Positions 10,916 through 21,155 of a stretch of DNA of 40,830 bases are shown piece after piece. The position numbers were made by a program, and so were the translations under genes. Below the pieces are notes generated by a model that worked only from the letters and a program-made list of their open reading frames with translations, was not told where the DNA came from and did no database searches. How positions within the stretch are numbered: position 1 is the stretch's first letter; each line of letters begins with the position of its first letter. The DNA comes from a virus, in the IMG/VR virus record IMGVR_UViG_3300000062_000468. The stretch is one strand, 5' to 3'.

Positions 10916-11990
10916 CTACCTTTCTAAATTCATTTCTCATGATGTTAATATCAGTATGATGTCCATAACATACAATATTGTTGTTGCCATTCAATAATCT
11001 AAACCAATACATATAATCAACATCGCCAACGCCTAATTCGCTGAAAAGTACCATTCTATTCAAATTATCAAATATTTTATGAGTAAGACAGTCGATGGTG
11101 ACAGGTAAATGAGCTTTTAATTCTAGGAACAAAAAACCACCTTCGATTATTTTATAAGCACCTGTAGTATCGTTGTAAAAAGCTATACATTTAAAAGTTG
11201 AACCCCATCTTGACTTCAGATAAACTTGAACGGCTGTATTGTTTGCAATACCTTGGATAGTAGAACCACTATGAACATAGTCAGATGTATAACCATTGTA
11301 TAAGGCATATTCATCAACTTTATCGATTAAGTTATTTAAGGTATTGATGTTAGTTCCAGCCAAAGATATTGCTCCTTCAGCACGGATTGTAGCATCACTT
11401 AAATTACATATAAATATTTCCTCTCTAGTAGTAGACGATAGCCTGAGAGAAGGGTAGCAATAGCCTTCTAATATGTCACTGTCATTGTTAATAGTTGTTG
11501 TGATGTTACCACCTCTGAGTTCTATATTGTTTGTAACATCAGTTTTATAGGCGTATGCAGAGTTGTTGCTAAAAGTCAAGCGCAATCCATGTAGCACATC
11601 ACCGCTTGCTTCTTCTTCTATATTAAATAAACCACAATATTTTAGCTTCTCAAGTTGCGGTTTCTCATAGTCGAATTCTAACCATGTAGGATAGTTATTA
11701 GAGGTAAGCCATTTGGTTAAGTGGCGTAATTCATCACGAGAAATTTCATAATCGTTATAACTATTAATTGAGCATGGATTACGCATTATGTGTATTTCGA
11801 AGGTCAAATTTTCGGCATCCTTAATACCCAAATGATTAGCTATAGGTCTATATTTTGTCTTTTCACCTTGAATATAATCTCTCTTCATTGCCAGCGGGAG
11901 AGTGCTACTTGTGTCAAAATCAACCATGATAAAGTTAAAGCTACTCAGTGTCTTACCTGCATAGGTAAAGTCTTTGCAAATTTTCGACAT
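10905..11990 (-). CDS. Distal tail protein (Dit)
   Basis: Directly after the tape measure; 'DFTYAGK.LSSFN' N-terminus and 'WFRLLNGNN' C-terminus typical of Dit proteins. Confidence 0.75.
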   Translation of the reverse strand: MSKICKDFTYAGKTLSSFNFIMVDFDTSSTLPLAMKRDYIQGEKTKYRPIANHLGIKDAENLTFEIHIMRNPCSINSYNDYEISRDELRHLTKWLTSNNYPTWLEFDYEKPQLEKLKYCGLFNIEEEASGDVLHGLRLTFSNNSAYAYKTDVTNNIELRGGNITTTINNDSDILEGYCYPSLRLSSTTREEIFICNLSDATIRAEGAISLAGTNINTLNNLIDKVDEYALYNGYTSDYVHSGSTIQGIANNTAVQVYLKSRWGSTFKCIAFYNDTTGAYKIIEGGFLFLELKAHLPVTIDCLTHKIFDNLNRMVLFSELGVGDVDYMYWFRLLNGNNNIVCYGHHTDINIMRNEFRKVGAV

Positions 11991-12068
11991 TATTACCTCC
12001 TTTCTTTGTCTACCATTGGTGGCAGAATAATTGCTTTAGTAGGTCTACGGTTTTTGTTTATTCATAAC

Positions 12069-12100
12069 AAAAGAGAGGTGCTTCATTACACACCTCTCTC
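12069..12100 (-). terminator. Intrinsic terminator after the tape measure gene
   Basis: GAGAGGTG/CACCTCTC stem with an A-run on the plus strand. Confidence 0.65.
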
Positions 12101-12121
12101 TAAAACAAATTACATATTTTA

Positions 12122-15100
12122 TTACATTTTTCGCATTTCACCGATTAATAATCTACCCATTTCGTTCACAAGTTTTGGCATATGTTTTCTAGCCTCTTCC
12201 ATAAATCCAGCGTCAACATTACCATTAACTTCAAGTAGATGGTCAAAGTTGAGATTGATACTCTGAACAGTTTTATGATTATTCACATTGTATAATTTCC
12301 CACCACCTAGTCGAGAAGGGTCACTTACAGGATCGAGTTGCGAGAGTTTCCACAAGTTGTCAGTTTGAGCTTTACTAAAGATGGTATCGCCGTCCATCTG
12401 TTTTAACATACCATGTTTAGTCATTAAAACTTCTGAACCCAAGTCAAGCTTGCCAGATTTAGTATCATCAAATAGAGCCAGCTCTTTCCCAGTTTTTCTA
12501 GTACCAGAAGCATATCCTTTAAGCTGAGATAGTTTTAACCATCCTAAGTCACCACTACCCAACTTATTACCAGTACTAATGTGATAGCCATGAGAACCAG
12601 ACATGATTCTAGTGATATGTACTTGACCACCCATGTTTCTAGCACCACTAGCACCAGTTCCTTGAGGGGTGCTATAGTAACGACCACTTGAGAACGTAAC
12701 AGGGTCGCCAACTCTGGCTACACCGTCACCACCACTATTATTAACTGGTATTGGCGCTGGAGTAGAAGGGGTAGTAGGTGCTGGTGGTGGCGGTACTGGT
12801 TTTGGTGTGACATTAACTCCGATACTAACAGACCGATTACTACCATCTGTAGTAGTTACAATAATTTGAGTATAACCAGGACTAATCGCGCGTATAGTAC
12901 CATTTGAACAAGTAGCGACCGACGGGTTACTAGAAGTCCATCTTACTGTTTTATTGTTTGCATCAGAAGGTCGTATATTTATGCCAACAGATGTACTTTG
13001 TCCCTCTTGTAAACTAACAGATGTCTGAGTAGCAGTGAGTTCAGCGACTAAACGATTTGTCACATTTGGAGATTTAGCAATTTCAGATTCTATTGAAGAT
13101 GTATTAACACCAGCAGTGCTAGTGTTTGAAGTATTAATATTATCAATAACGGAGCCAGAAGTGCTTATGCTATTTTGATTTTGGGTGGCGCTAGATGCAA
13201 TATTAGAAGCACCACTTGGAGTTCCAATATTATTAACGATACTGTTAAAATCTTGAGAACCAACAATACCAGTTGAATTGATAATGTTTTTAATAGTTCC
13301 AAATGCATCAGAATAAGAATTGACCATTTTAGCTAGTTGGTTTTGTACAATCTCATTTTGTTTTTCAAGAGAGTGTTGCACATCAAAAGTCAAGTCTTCG
13401 ACAAATCTATTAGCATTGTCCTTCATCTTATCATAACCAGTTTGTTGTGTATCATAAGCATTGTCAGACTTTATTTTATTAAGGTCTTTTTGCGCTTGAT
13501 CTCTCTCAGCAATTAAACGCTTAAGCTCAGCCCTTGATGAATCATTATTTACCCCTTGGAGTGCGTTAATTCTTGCAGAAAGAGAGTTTACATCACGAGA
13601 TTTAGCGTGTACTTTATCAGCAAAATCTTGATACTTTTTCAATTGGGTAAGAGCTTCTTTACGCAAATCAATCGACTTGATTAATGCCTTGTTTTCCAAT
13701 TCAATTTGCTTTAAATACATATCGACTAATTCTTTTTTATAATCGTTCACAGCCAAGGAACTATCTTGAATACCCTTTAGAAATTCACGTTGGCGCTCTG
13801 TGTATTCTGTGGTAGAAATTAGACCTGACTTCAACATAGCATCTAACTTTTTAATACCGGTTGTATAGTCTGCGATTTTTTGCTTTTCGGTAGACATTGC
13901 CTGTCCAATAAGCGCAATATTTGCAAGAGCATCTGAACTCATCTCACCAGACTTGCCAAAGAAACCTTCAACATTAAGAAGTTTTCTGAATGTATCTAAC
14001 TCATCATTGAAGAATGATAAATCATCCATTCTATCATCAAGACCTTTAAATTCAGTTTCAAATACCTTATCTCTTAAAGTTTCAATCTCAATAAACGAAT
14101 CATAAATTTGACTGTCTATATCGGCAATTTCTTTTGCGAGTTGTTGATATCTTTCAGAACTAATAGCATAGATATTCTGTTCGGCTATTTTGTTATTTCG
14201 TAGATTATAATTGGCGCTAATGTTTTTGCTACGCTCATCAATCTGGAGTTGATAATCCTCACGAGTAACATGCTGATTGCGAGCTTCTTTGAGAGAAGTT
14301 CCATTAGATAATCTTTCAATGGCACGACCAAAAGAATCAATACTTTGTTGAATTCTGGTATAGTCAACTTTGCGCAGTTTATCTTGAAATTCAATTAAGG
14401 TAGTATTAACTTCTAGTAATTCTGCTTCGAATTTTCTAACAGTTTCCAAACCTTCAAAGTAGTCAATTTCACCTTGCTTTGTCAAATGTCTATTATCAAT
14501 TAAAGACTGAAATTCTTTTTGATAAGCTGCTAGTTTTTGAACTACCTCTTTCTGGATAGCCAGTTGTTGGTCAACATTGTTTTGTAGAATACTTTTAACA
14601 GTATTAGAAACTGCAGATTCGCCGAGAGCTTCAGATAGTCCAAGTTGTGCATCATTATAATCAACTAGTGCACCTATCGCATTTTGAACTGACTGGTAAA
14701 ATTCATCTACATTTTTCAATCTAGAGACAGCCAGTGACTTTTCTTTGTCTGCAAGTTCGGATACTAAATCTAAAGCTTTTAAGAAATCACTATAATATTT
14801 ATCATAGTGAGAAACTTTAGTTTTTGTGTCTTCATCTAGTTGAGATATATCTAAACTTCCATTTTGTATCTTAGCTTGTAAGTCTGTGCTTAGTCCACTT
14901 TGGTTTGCAAATTCATCAAGATAACTACGATATTGAGATGCCGACCTATTGGCGTTCGCTAACTCTTCTTGTATTTTGGCAATTGCAGTAGAGTTAGCAC
15001 TTTGGATTCCTGCGATTCCAACAGCGCGACTAATTGCATCTTCGGCATGTTTGCTCTCACGAGAATACCTATCCATTTGTATAGATATAAAATCAAAGAC

Positions 15101-18100
15101 ATCTGTTAGTTTTTTTAAGGCATCATCGCTAGCTTTAGCAGCATTATCCGCAGCCTTAGATGTGTTATTAGCTGCTTTAGATGTATTATTCGCAGCTTTT
15201 ACAGCTTGGGAAGAAGTGGTTGTAGATTTCTTAGTAGTTGAGGCGGAAGAGCCGTTTCCTGACAGACCTAGACCGCCAACACCAGTAGAATAATCAGAAC
15301 CTTTAACTGTACCTTCAGCAAACGAAGCACCACCGACAGTATGACCACGACCACCACCGGATTTCACCTTACCATATTTCATTAATTCTTCTGATTGTTT
15401 ACCAGAAAATATAATATCATTTTTTTTCAAGGCAAACATTTCAGCGCCTTGGTCACCCACAGTGAAGAAGCGACCATTTCTCACCACGATTTCAGGCGAC
15501 TGTTCACCTAATAAAGCGGTTTCATTTCTTGAAATACCCCATTGTCCTCCAGCGTAAGCATTTCCGAAACTCGCCCCCATTGCGAACGCCGAACCTTTGA
15601 AACTTGGCACTGTCCCTTGAGCATGAGCTGTTCCATTGGCATGACTACTACCACCTGGGATAGAGCCATTGACTTTCACAGTGTAAGTTACGGTTCTACT
15701 TTCATTTTTGAGAGGATTTACAATATGAGCAGTGTATTGAACATCATATTTCTCGTCTTTAGGTACATTGCCAACTATACTTGCATTATATATGAGCGAC
15801 TTTTCTTCATCTGCGGGAATATCTCCGGCTTTACTAATAACCGCTTCAACGTTTATAGAATTTATTCCAGATAAAACCGCATCTAACTGAGTTCTATCTA
15901 AATTAACACCAGCTTCAACATTTACCTCTGTACCTTGAATCCCAGCAATAGCGGAGTCAAATTCCCCACTGTCTAAACCAAGAGTGCTCATGATGTTTTT
16001 ATCAATATTTGCCATATCCCCGGCTAATGCTTGGACTTTAGATTGGGCTTCAGAGGTATCCACATCGAAACCTGCCGCCTTTTTGCCTTCTAATATATTG
16101 AGAGAAGAGAGAGAGTTTTGAAACTCCATAACTTTAGCTACAGCATTTCCTAATTCGGCATCGATTTCTACAAGTGCACCAACATCTATACTCATTATTG
16201 CAGGGCTAGACATTTTTTCTTTTTGCAGTTGTAGATGTTCGAAAATATTAGTTGCCTCAGTAGCGCCTTCAATCGATAAGTTAACAATACCATCTGAATT
16301 TTTAAAATGTTCTAGTGTATTTGTAGCAGTTTGAATTTCAGCGTCAATTTCATCTACATTGGCTTCGAAATTAATCTCAATAGGTTCTTCGCCAATGTTA
16401 CTGAGTATTTCATTAACTTTGCTTATATACGATTCTAAATCATCAGCAGTAATATTGAATTTCAATTCGCCAGATTCTAAGAAGTCTGCTTGTTGCGCTA
16501 ACAGAAACTCCATAATTTGACTCATAGATTCAAGTCTTTCAGCTTTTACTTCTGGGTCTAGGGTGCTATTATTAACAATATCCATTCCCTGTTGAAGTTT
16601 TTCTAGTTGCTCAGTAGTTTCGATAAAACTAGAATTATTTAATTCAACTGAACCACTTGTGCTAAAATTGGCATTGTTAAGTGCTTCTTTAGCAGCAATA
16701 GCGTTATTTTTTAACTCTTCAAGAGACTGTTTGGGTTGGTCAATATCTATGGATAAACCATAGTCCTTAGTGTTTCTTAAAATAGCTTGGTAAGCTTCAA
16801 CGTCTATCTTTAAGGCATCTGCAATTTCTTTATCACTATATTTACTATCCTTATTAATTTCCCAAGTTCCGTCGCTATTTTGTTTTGCAAACTCTTCATT
16901 GAGTTTTTGCATGTCTTTCAGTGCGGCAGCTGTTCCTTCTATACTATCAGTGAAGTATCGCTTCATCTTAGGGTGAGCTTCTTCGTATGCTTTAACTATT
17001 TCAGGTACAGTGGCATTGCTTAAGTCTTTATGCGACATAAGGTCAACCATAGCCTTGAACTCATTAGTTCCAACTTTTTCTGCCTTATATAATTCTTCAG
17101 CTCGATTCATTCCGCCACGAATAGAGTCATACATATCGCCAGATTCACCACCAGAGGAAGCATTTTGCCATTTATTAAATGCAGAATTTGAAGCTTCGTA
17201 CTGATACTGTAATTCTTTAAGTTGTTCAATTTGAGATTGAATCACACTAACATTATTTAAAGCCGCAGAATCATCTTGTCCGAGATGTCTAGCTTTGGCT
17301 ACATCAGCCATGGCAAGTCCTAATGCTTTTTGTTGGTCTGCCATTTGAGAGAGATAGTCGCTCTTGGTATTAGCATTTTGTTGTCTCTGTAATTCTTGCA
17401 GAGCCTTTTCATTAATACGATAACCATTGGCGGTTTTTTCTAGTGCAGATTGCGCATTGTCTCCGTATAATTCTTTGAAATTCGCAACCGACTCTTGTGA
17501 CATACCCTTTCCAGAATAAGATTCACTCATAAGGGATTGTAATTTCCCAGTATCGTCAATAGCCTTTTGGAGAGAAGAGGTAGTAGCTTCAAACGATTCT
17601 TTTGCTTGTGCTTCAAGAATAGTCATAGCGTCAGCACCACCATCAGCTAATGATTGAAGTTCAATTAATAATTGGTCAGCCTCTATACCAGCTTCTTTAC
17701 ATGCTGCCGTAAAATCAGAGAAGTCGGCTTCTAAGTTTATATCTTCATTGTTACGAAGCTTGTCTACAGCTTTCTGTTGGTCTTCAGCCCATGTGTCATC
17801 TTTGAATATATCGGTGAGAGCTTTACGCTGTTTTTCAAGGTCGGTTATGCCCAAAGCTTTATCAAGCTCAGGAAGTACAATGTCATTAAGCCTCAATGAT
17901 AAATTCTCGTCAATGTCATCATAATCTAATTCAGCCAGTTCAGCTCGTTGCTCGTTGACAAATTTTAACTGTTTAGCTAATTCTTGCTCTTTTTTAATAA
18001 CATCAGCACTATTGCCAGTATGCCTTAAATCTTGTAATTCTTCTTCTAATTTATAAAGTTGTTGAGCAGATATTAATGCTTTTTCCATTGGATCAACCAT

Positions 18101-18820
18101 CATTGCGTCACGCAAATTGTTTTGGAAAAAGCTACTTCCACCAATATTTGCAGACAAGTTGGATAAATTATCATACCAATCAGAAGATATAATGTTTTCT
18201 AAAAAGCCGGATTTTCCAGTGGTAAATCCCTTTGTAGTTAATGCAGCCTCAGCATCGATTTTCGCTGTATTTGCGTCTATTGTGGCTTGTCTTTCTTTTA
18301 GCTGTAGTATACTTTCAAGTTCAGAACGCTGATTTTGAAGTGTTTCAAGTTCTGCTTGGTTAGCAATAGTCATAGGGTTGGCACTGATTTCGCTAATCTT
18401 CTGGTCAATGGTATCTAGTTCAGCTTCTATAGATGCAACTTCGGTTTTACTATCAGCGGCAGTAGCGATACTATTTTTTGCTTTACTCATAGCTTCGGCT
18501 TGGGAAGTATTAAAGTGGTCAACTGCTGCATAAGCTGCACCCACGGCTGCAAGAGTAATGGTGGCAGGGTTAATAAAACTTTTTAGTGTAGCACCTAAAC
18601 CTTTAAATGCCATAGCGTAACCAGTACCAGATTTTTTAACAGCCCCCATGGCATCAATAGCTTCATCTATGTTACCTGTAAAATTACTTATTTCAAAACC
18701 TGCTTTAGCAGCATCTTTTCCGATACCAGCAAATTTTAAATCGTCAGCAATAGCACCGATGCTAAGTCCGTCACTCAATCCTTTATTAATTAAATCAACT
18801 ACTCCAGTTTTTCTTAGTGA
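12122..18820 (-). CDS. Tape measure protein, exon 2 (2232 codons), including an Ig-like (Big_2) and an SH3-like domain
   Basis: Long helical/coiled-coil ORF before Dit with GE..PE and YASGT-type TMP motifs. No Shine-Dalgarno before the ATG at 18823, whose G is the predicted omega-G. The first exon nucleotides UCACUAAGA pair with the intron IGS. Confidence 0.85.
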   Translation of the reverse strand, partial: SLRKTGVVDLINKGLSDGLSIGAIADDLKFAGIGKDAAKAGFEISNFTGNIDEAIDAMGAVKKSGTGYAMAFKGLGATLKSFINPATITLAAVGAAYAAVDHFNTSQAEAMSKAKNSIATAADSKTEVASIEAELDTIDQKISEISANPMTIANQAELETLQNQRSELESILQLKERQATIDANTAKIDAEAALTTKGFTTGKSGFLENIISSDWYDNLSNLSANIGGSSFFQNNLRDAMMVDPMEKALISAQQLYKLEEELQDLRHTGNSADVIKKEQELAKQLKFVNEQRAELAELDYDDIDENLSLRLNDIVLPELDKALGITDLEKQRKALTDIFKDDTWAEDQQKAVDKLRNNEDINLEADFSDFTAACKEAGIEADQLLIELQSLADGGADAMTILEAQAKESFEATTSSLQKAIDDTGKLQSLMSESYSGKGMSQESVANFKELYGDNAQSALEKTANGYRINEKALQELQRQQNANTKSDYLSQMADQQKALGLAMADVAKARHLGQDDSAALNNVSVIQSQIEQLKELQYQYEASNSAFNKWQNASSGGESGDMYDSIRGGMNRAEELYKAEKVGTNEFKAMVDLMSHKDLSNATVPEIVKAYEEAHPKMKRYFTDSIEGTAAALKDMQKLNEEFAKQNSDGTWEINKDSKYSDKEIADALKIDVEAYQAILRNTKDYGLSIDIDQPKQSLEELKNNAIAAKEALNNANFSTSGSVELNNSSFIETTEQLEKLQQGMDIVNNSTLDPEVKAERLESMSQIMEFLLAQQADFLESGELKFNITADDLESYISKVNEILSNIGEEPIEINFEANVDEIDAEIQTATNTLEHFKNSDGIVNLSIEGATEATNIFEHLQLQKEKMSSPAIMSIDVGALVEIDAELGNAVAKVMEFQNSLSSLNILEGKKAAGFDVDTSEAQSKVQALAGDMANIDKNIMSTLGLDSGEFDSAIAGIQGTEVNVEAGVNLDRTQLDAVLSGINSINVEAVISKAGDIPADEEKSLIYNASIVGNVPKDEKYDVQYTAHIVNPLKNESRTVTYTVKVNGSIPGGSSHANGTAHAQGTVPSFKGSAFAMGASFGNAYAGGQWGISRNETALLGEQSPEIVVRNGRFFTVGDQGAEMFALKKNDIIFSGKQSEELMKYGKVKSGGGRGHTVGGASFAEGTVKGSDYSTGVGGLGLSGNGSSASTTKKSTTTSSQAVKAANNTSKAANNTSKAADNAAKASDDALKKLTDVFDFISIQMDRYSRESKHAEDAISRAVGIAGIQSANSTAIAKIQEELANANRSASQYRSYLDEFANQSGLSTDLQAKIQNGSLDISQLDEDTKTKVSHYDKYYSDFLKALDLVSELADKEKSLAVSRLKNVDEFYQSVQNAIGALVDYNDAQLGLSEALGESAVSNTVKSILQNNVDQQLAIQKEVVQKLAAYQKEFQSLIDNRHLTKQGEIDYFEGLETVRKFEAELLEVNTTLIEFQDKLRKVDYTRIQQSIDSFGRAIERLSNGTSLKEARNQHVTREDYQLQIDERSKNISANYNLRNNKIAEQNIYAISSERYQQLAKEIADIDSQIYDSFIEIETLRDKVFETEFKGLDDRMDDLSFFNDELDTFRKLLNVEGFFGKSGEMSSDALANIALIGQAMSTEKQKIADYTTGIKKLDAMLKSGLISTTEYTERQREFLKGIQDSSLAVNDYKKELVDMYLKQIELENKALIKSIDLRKEALTQLKKYQDFADKVHAKSRDVNSLSARINALQGVNNDSSRAELKRLIAERDQAQKDLNKIKSDNAYDTQQTGYDKMKDNANRFVEDLTFDVQHSLEKQNEIVQNQLAKMVNSYSDAFGTIKNIINSTGIVGSQDFNSIVNNIGTPSGASNIASSATQNQNSISTSGSVIDNINTSNTSTAGVNTSSIESEIAKSPNVTNRLVAELTATQTSVSLQEGQSTSVGINIRPSDANNKTVRWTSSNPSVATCSNGTIRAISPGYTQIIVTTTDGSNRSVSIGVNVTPKPVPPPPAPTTPSTPAPIPVNNSGGDGVARVGDPVTFSSGRYYSTPQGTGASGARNMGGQVHITRIMSGSHGYHISTGNKLGSGDLGWLKLSQLKGYASGTRKTGKELALFDDTKSGKLDLGSEVLMTKHGMLKQMDGDTIFSKAQTDNLWKLSQLDPVSDPSRLGGGKLYNVNNHKTVQSINLNFDHLLEVNGNVDAGFMEEARKHMPKLVNEMGRLLIGEMRKM

Positions 18821-18843
18821 CATATGTTATATTCATAAAAATA

Positions 18844-18872
18844 TTGTCGTTTATTTCAATGAATGTTATAAT
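18844..18872 (+). promoter_or_regulatory. sigmaA-type promoter TTGTCG-N17-(TGn)TATAAT
   Basis: 17-nt spacer and extended -10; lies upstream of the 18965 gene. Confidence 0.7.
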
Positions 18873-18964
18873 TAGAGAAAAAATAGAGGGTTGAGCAATG
18901 AAGTTATTAATTATTCATCATAGTGCTGTTACTTATTAAAAAATTTTCGGGAGGGTATAAAATT

Positions 18965-19624
18965 ATGGCTTTAATTAATTGTCCAGAGTGCAACAATCAA
19001 GTTAGCGATACAACGAATAGTTGTATTCATTGTGGTTATTATTTAAGGAGAGGTCAGAAGAAGGAGGAAAAGAACGAACAAAAAATTCATGATAAAAGCA
19101 TAAGAGAATACGACAGTATCACCAAGACTAGTCAATCCAAATTTGATAAGATGTTAAAGGATAACAAAAGAAGTGAGACGTGGAATGTGGTGTGTATTAT
19201 ATCTTGCGTTTTTATGATTATAAGTTTAATTTTACTTGCGATTTATCAAGAAATTGCCAGTTCTTATTATAATAATTACAAACTCACATTAACTATACTT
19301 ATTATTTTAAGTGCAACTTTAACGCTCATGACAATTTTCTCATGGCGGAGTGCTAAAAAAATACGAATAAGAACAGCAGTGAACATAAAAGCACTAAGAG
19401 CCGAACGCATGGCTCAAATATTAAAATTACCACTGACAAAAGATTACATAGAGCAGCTAGAAGAAAAGCGTCAAATGCCGAATTGTCCTAGTTGCGGGGC
19501 ATCTGTAGTTAGTACAGGTCAAAGAGGTTTTTCTGGGGTTGATGGAATGTGGGGTAGTGGTAAAACTACTTGTAGATGCTCAAGATGTGGTTGCAGTTGG
19601 TATCCGATGGATTTAAAAGTGTAA
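18965..19624 (+). CDS. Zinc-ribbon membrane protein (N-terminal CxxC..CxxC, two TM helices, C-terminal zinc ribbon)
   Basis: MALINCPEC...CIHCG, two hydrophobic helices, CPSCG...CSRCGCSW; GGGAGGG RBS before the ATG at 18965. Confidence 0.8.
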   Translation: MALINCPECNNQVSDTTNSCIHCGYYLRRGQKKEEKNEQKIHDKSIREYDSITKTSQSKFDKMLKDNKRSETWNVVCIISCVFMIISLILLAIYQEIASSYYNNYKLTLTILIILSATLTLMTIFSWRSAKKIRIRTAVNIKALRAERMAQILKLPLTKDYIEQLEEKRQMPNCPSCGASVVSTGQRGFSGVDGMWGSGKTTCRCSRCGCSWYPMDLKV

Positions 19625-19684
19625 AAGTTGCGGATATACTTGGTAAAGGATAACTTAGATTTATTACAAGAATAAAGAACTACA

Positions 19685-19722
19685 AACAAAAAGAACATCT
19701 AACTAAAGATGTTCTTTTTGTT
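19685..19722. terminator. Bidirectional intrinsic terminator
   Basis: Perfect 16-bp inverted repeat AACAAAAAGAACATCT/AGATGTTCTTTTTGTT. Confidence 0.8.
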
Positions 19723-19913
19723 AAGATATAAAATACATAAGGCGGGGATATGCTTCCTAATTCAAAATATACATGAACCCACAAGCAATAATTGTTGCAC
19801 AAACCAATTAAAGGTGGGGAAAATATGTAGAAAGGTAAAGAGAGCTTATTCTAAGCTCTCTACATTTGTGAACTATATAGTGTTGTCAGCATTCGACCAA
19901 CAACTTTATTTGT
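19690..19913 (-). ncRNA. Putative structured small RNA (about 220 nt)
   Basis: Bounded by TTGACT-N17-TATAAT (19948-19920) and the 19685-19722 terminator; hairpins such as AGAGAGCUUA/UAAGCUCUCU; no credible ORF. Confidence 0.55.
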
Positions 19914-19919
19914 GAGTTA

Positions 19920-19948
19920 ATTATAACTCACGTATATCTAACAGTCAA
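19920..19948 (-). promoter_or_regulatory. sigmaA-type promoter TTGACT-N17-TATAAT
   Basis: Near-consensus hexamers with a 17-nt spacer. Confidence 0.75.
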
Positions 19949-20095
19949 TACTTTCTTGAGATTTTCTTGCTTTTTCAAGTTCTATTTCTAGTTCTTTAAC
20001 TTTGTCTTGTGCTATATTTCTATCGTTCTTTACACTATTACAATAATCATTTTAATGTTATAATCAGTTTGGATTCTATAGAAGGATGGTGAACT

Positions 20096-20638
20096 ATGAA
20101 AAAGATAACCATGGTAATAATGGTAGCATGCATATTTTTAAGTGGATGCGGTAAGAATTATAAAAACTCAGATGAATATATTCAATATTTAGGAAAAGCT
20201 TATTTAGATGTACCTACAGAATTTGCAGAAAGTCCAGATACTTTATCTGACGAAAGTGGTATAATAGATTTATCGTCTGACGAAGTTGTAAACTTTGAAG
20301 GGTTAAATGGCACTGTAGATTTAAGATATTATAGAGGGGAAGATTTTGCGAATTTTTTAGGTAAAAGACCAAATATTATAACAAATATTGTATGGACTCC
20401 AGATGAAATATCTGTTAAAACATTGGAATATCTAAAGTCGAAATTAGAAAAAACACATGGTAATTATGATGAGTTTCTGGAATATCTAAAAAGAGACAAT
20501 GACAATCAAACAGGGGATCGTTATTATTTTTCATGGTACGATACTGGTAAAGAAGGGATGAATATAGAAATGGCGTATACAGTTAATCCAAACGACACTT
20601 CGGACATTCATGGCATCATAGTGTTTCTTTCAAATTAA
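20096..20638 (+). CDS. Lipoprotein of unknown function
   Basis: MKK plus hydrophobic stretch plus LSGC lipobox. Confidence 0.8.
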   Translation: MKKITMVIMVACIFLSGCGKNYKNSDEYIQYLGKAYLDVPTEFAESPDTLSDESGIIDLSSDEVVNFEGLNGTVDLRYYRGEDFANFLGKRPNIITNIVWTPDEISVKTLEYLKSKLEKTHGNYDEFLEYLKRDNDNQTGDRYYFSWYDTGKEGMNIEMAYTVNPNDTSDIHGIIVFLSN

Positions 20639-20722
20639 GTGTATCAATAACCCTGTCGTTTATTTTGATAAATGTTATAATCAACTGGTATTTTAATATA
20701 TAAGTATGAGAGGGGTAAACAA

Positions 20723-20965
20723 ATGAATAATTCAGTAAAAGAAGAAAAATCAATGATGATTAAGCCATTAACAGTGCTAGGTTTTTTAATTATTGTGTTG
20801 GGTATTATAGGTAGTCTTGGCTTGGGAGATATTATATTAACTATAGCTGGTATAATCAGCTCTGTGGTGTTTGGAATATTAATATTAGGTTTTGCAGAAT
20901 TAATAGAACTCAATTTCAGACAGTGCAAATTGCTAGAAGAGTTGCGTGATAAGAAAACAGAATAA
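20723..20965 (+). CDS. Small two-TM membrane protein
   Basis: Two hydrophobic helices and a charged tail; GAGAGGGG RBS; promoter at 20653-20681. Confidence 0.75.
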   Translation: MNNSVKEEKSMMIKPLTVLGFLIIVLGIIGSLGLGDIILTIAGIISSVVFGILILGFAELIELNFRQCKLLEELRDKKTE

Positions 20966-20978
20966 GAAAGATGCACTG

Positions 20979-21005
20979 AAAAAGACACCCGATAAAGGTG
21001 TCTTT
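20979..21005. terminator. Intrinsic terminator (probably bidirectional)
   Basis: AAAGACACC/GGTGTCTTT stem. Confidence 0.75.
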
Positions 21006-21155
21006 CCCATAATATGATTCGATACTTCACTTCTCGAATACTTCAAGTTCATAAGAACTCACGCTTTAGACCGCTAAATCCTCCACTCAGCATTCGAACG
21101 TCCTCGCAGCGGCGAGCAACGCTGATTTCTCAGTTGATCGTCAAAACCATAGCAC
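20980..21155 (-). ncRNA. Putative structured ncRNA downstream of the DUF3800 gene
   Basis: TTGACA-N17-TATTAT promoter (21189-21161); at least five hairpins including CUGA-GAAA-UCAG and CUCGC/GCGAG; ends at the 20979-21005 terminator. Confidence 0.65.

Noticed and set aside
19612-19619. -1 frameshift at TTTAAAA extending the zinc-ribbon protein into KCKSCGYTW
   Set aside because: The scar peptide is in the +1 frame, not -1.
20980-21155. tRNA or CRISPR array
   Set aside because: A GUUCGAAU T-loop-like word is present, but there is no cloverleaf or acceptor stem and no repeat-spacer periodicity.
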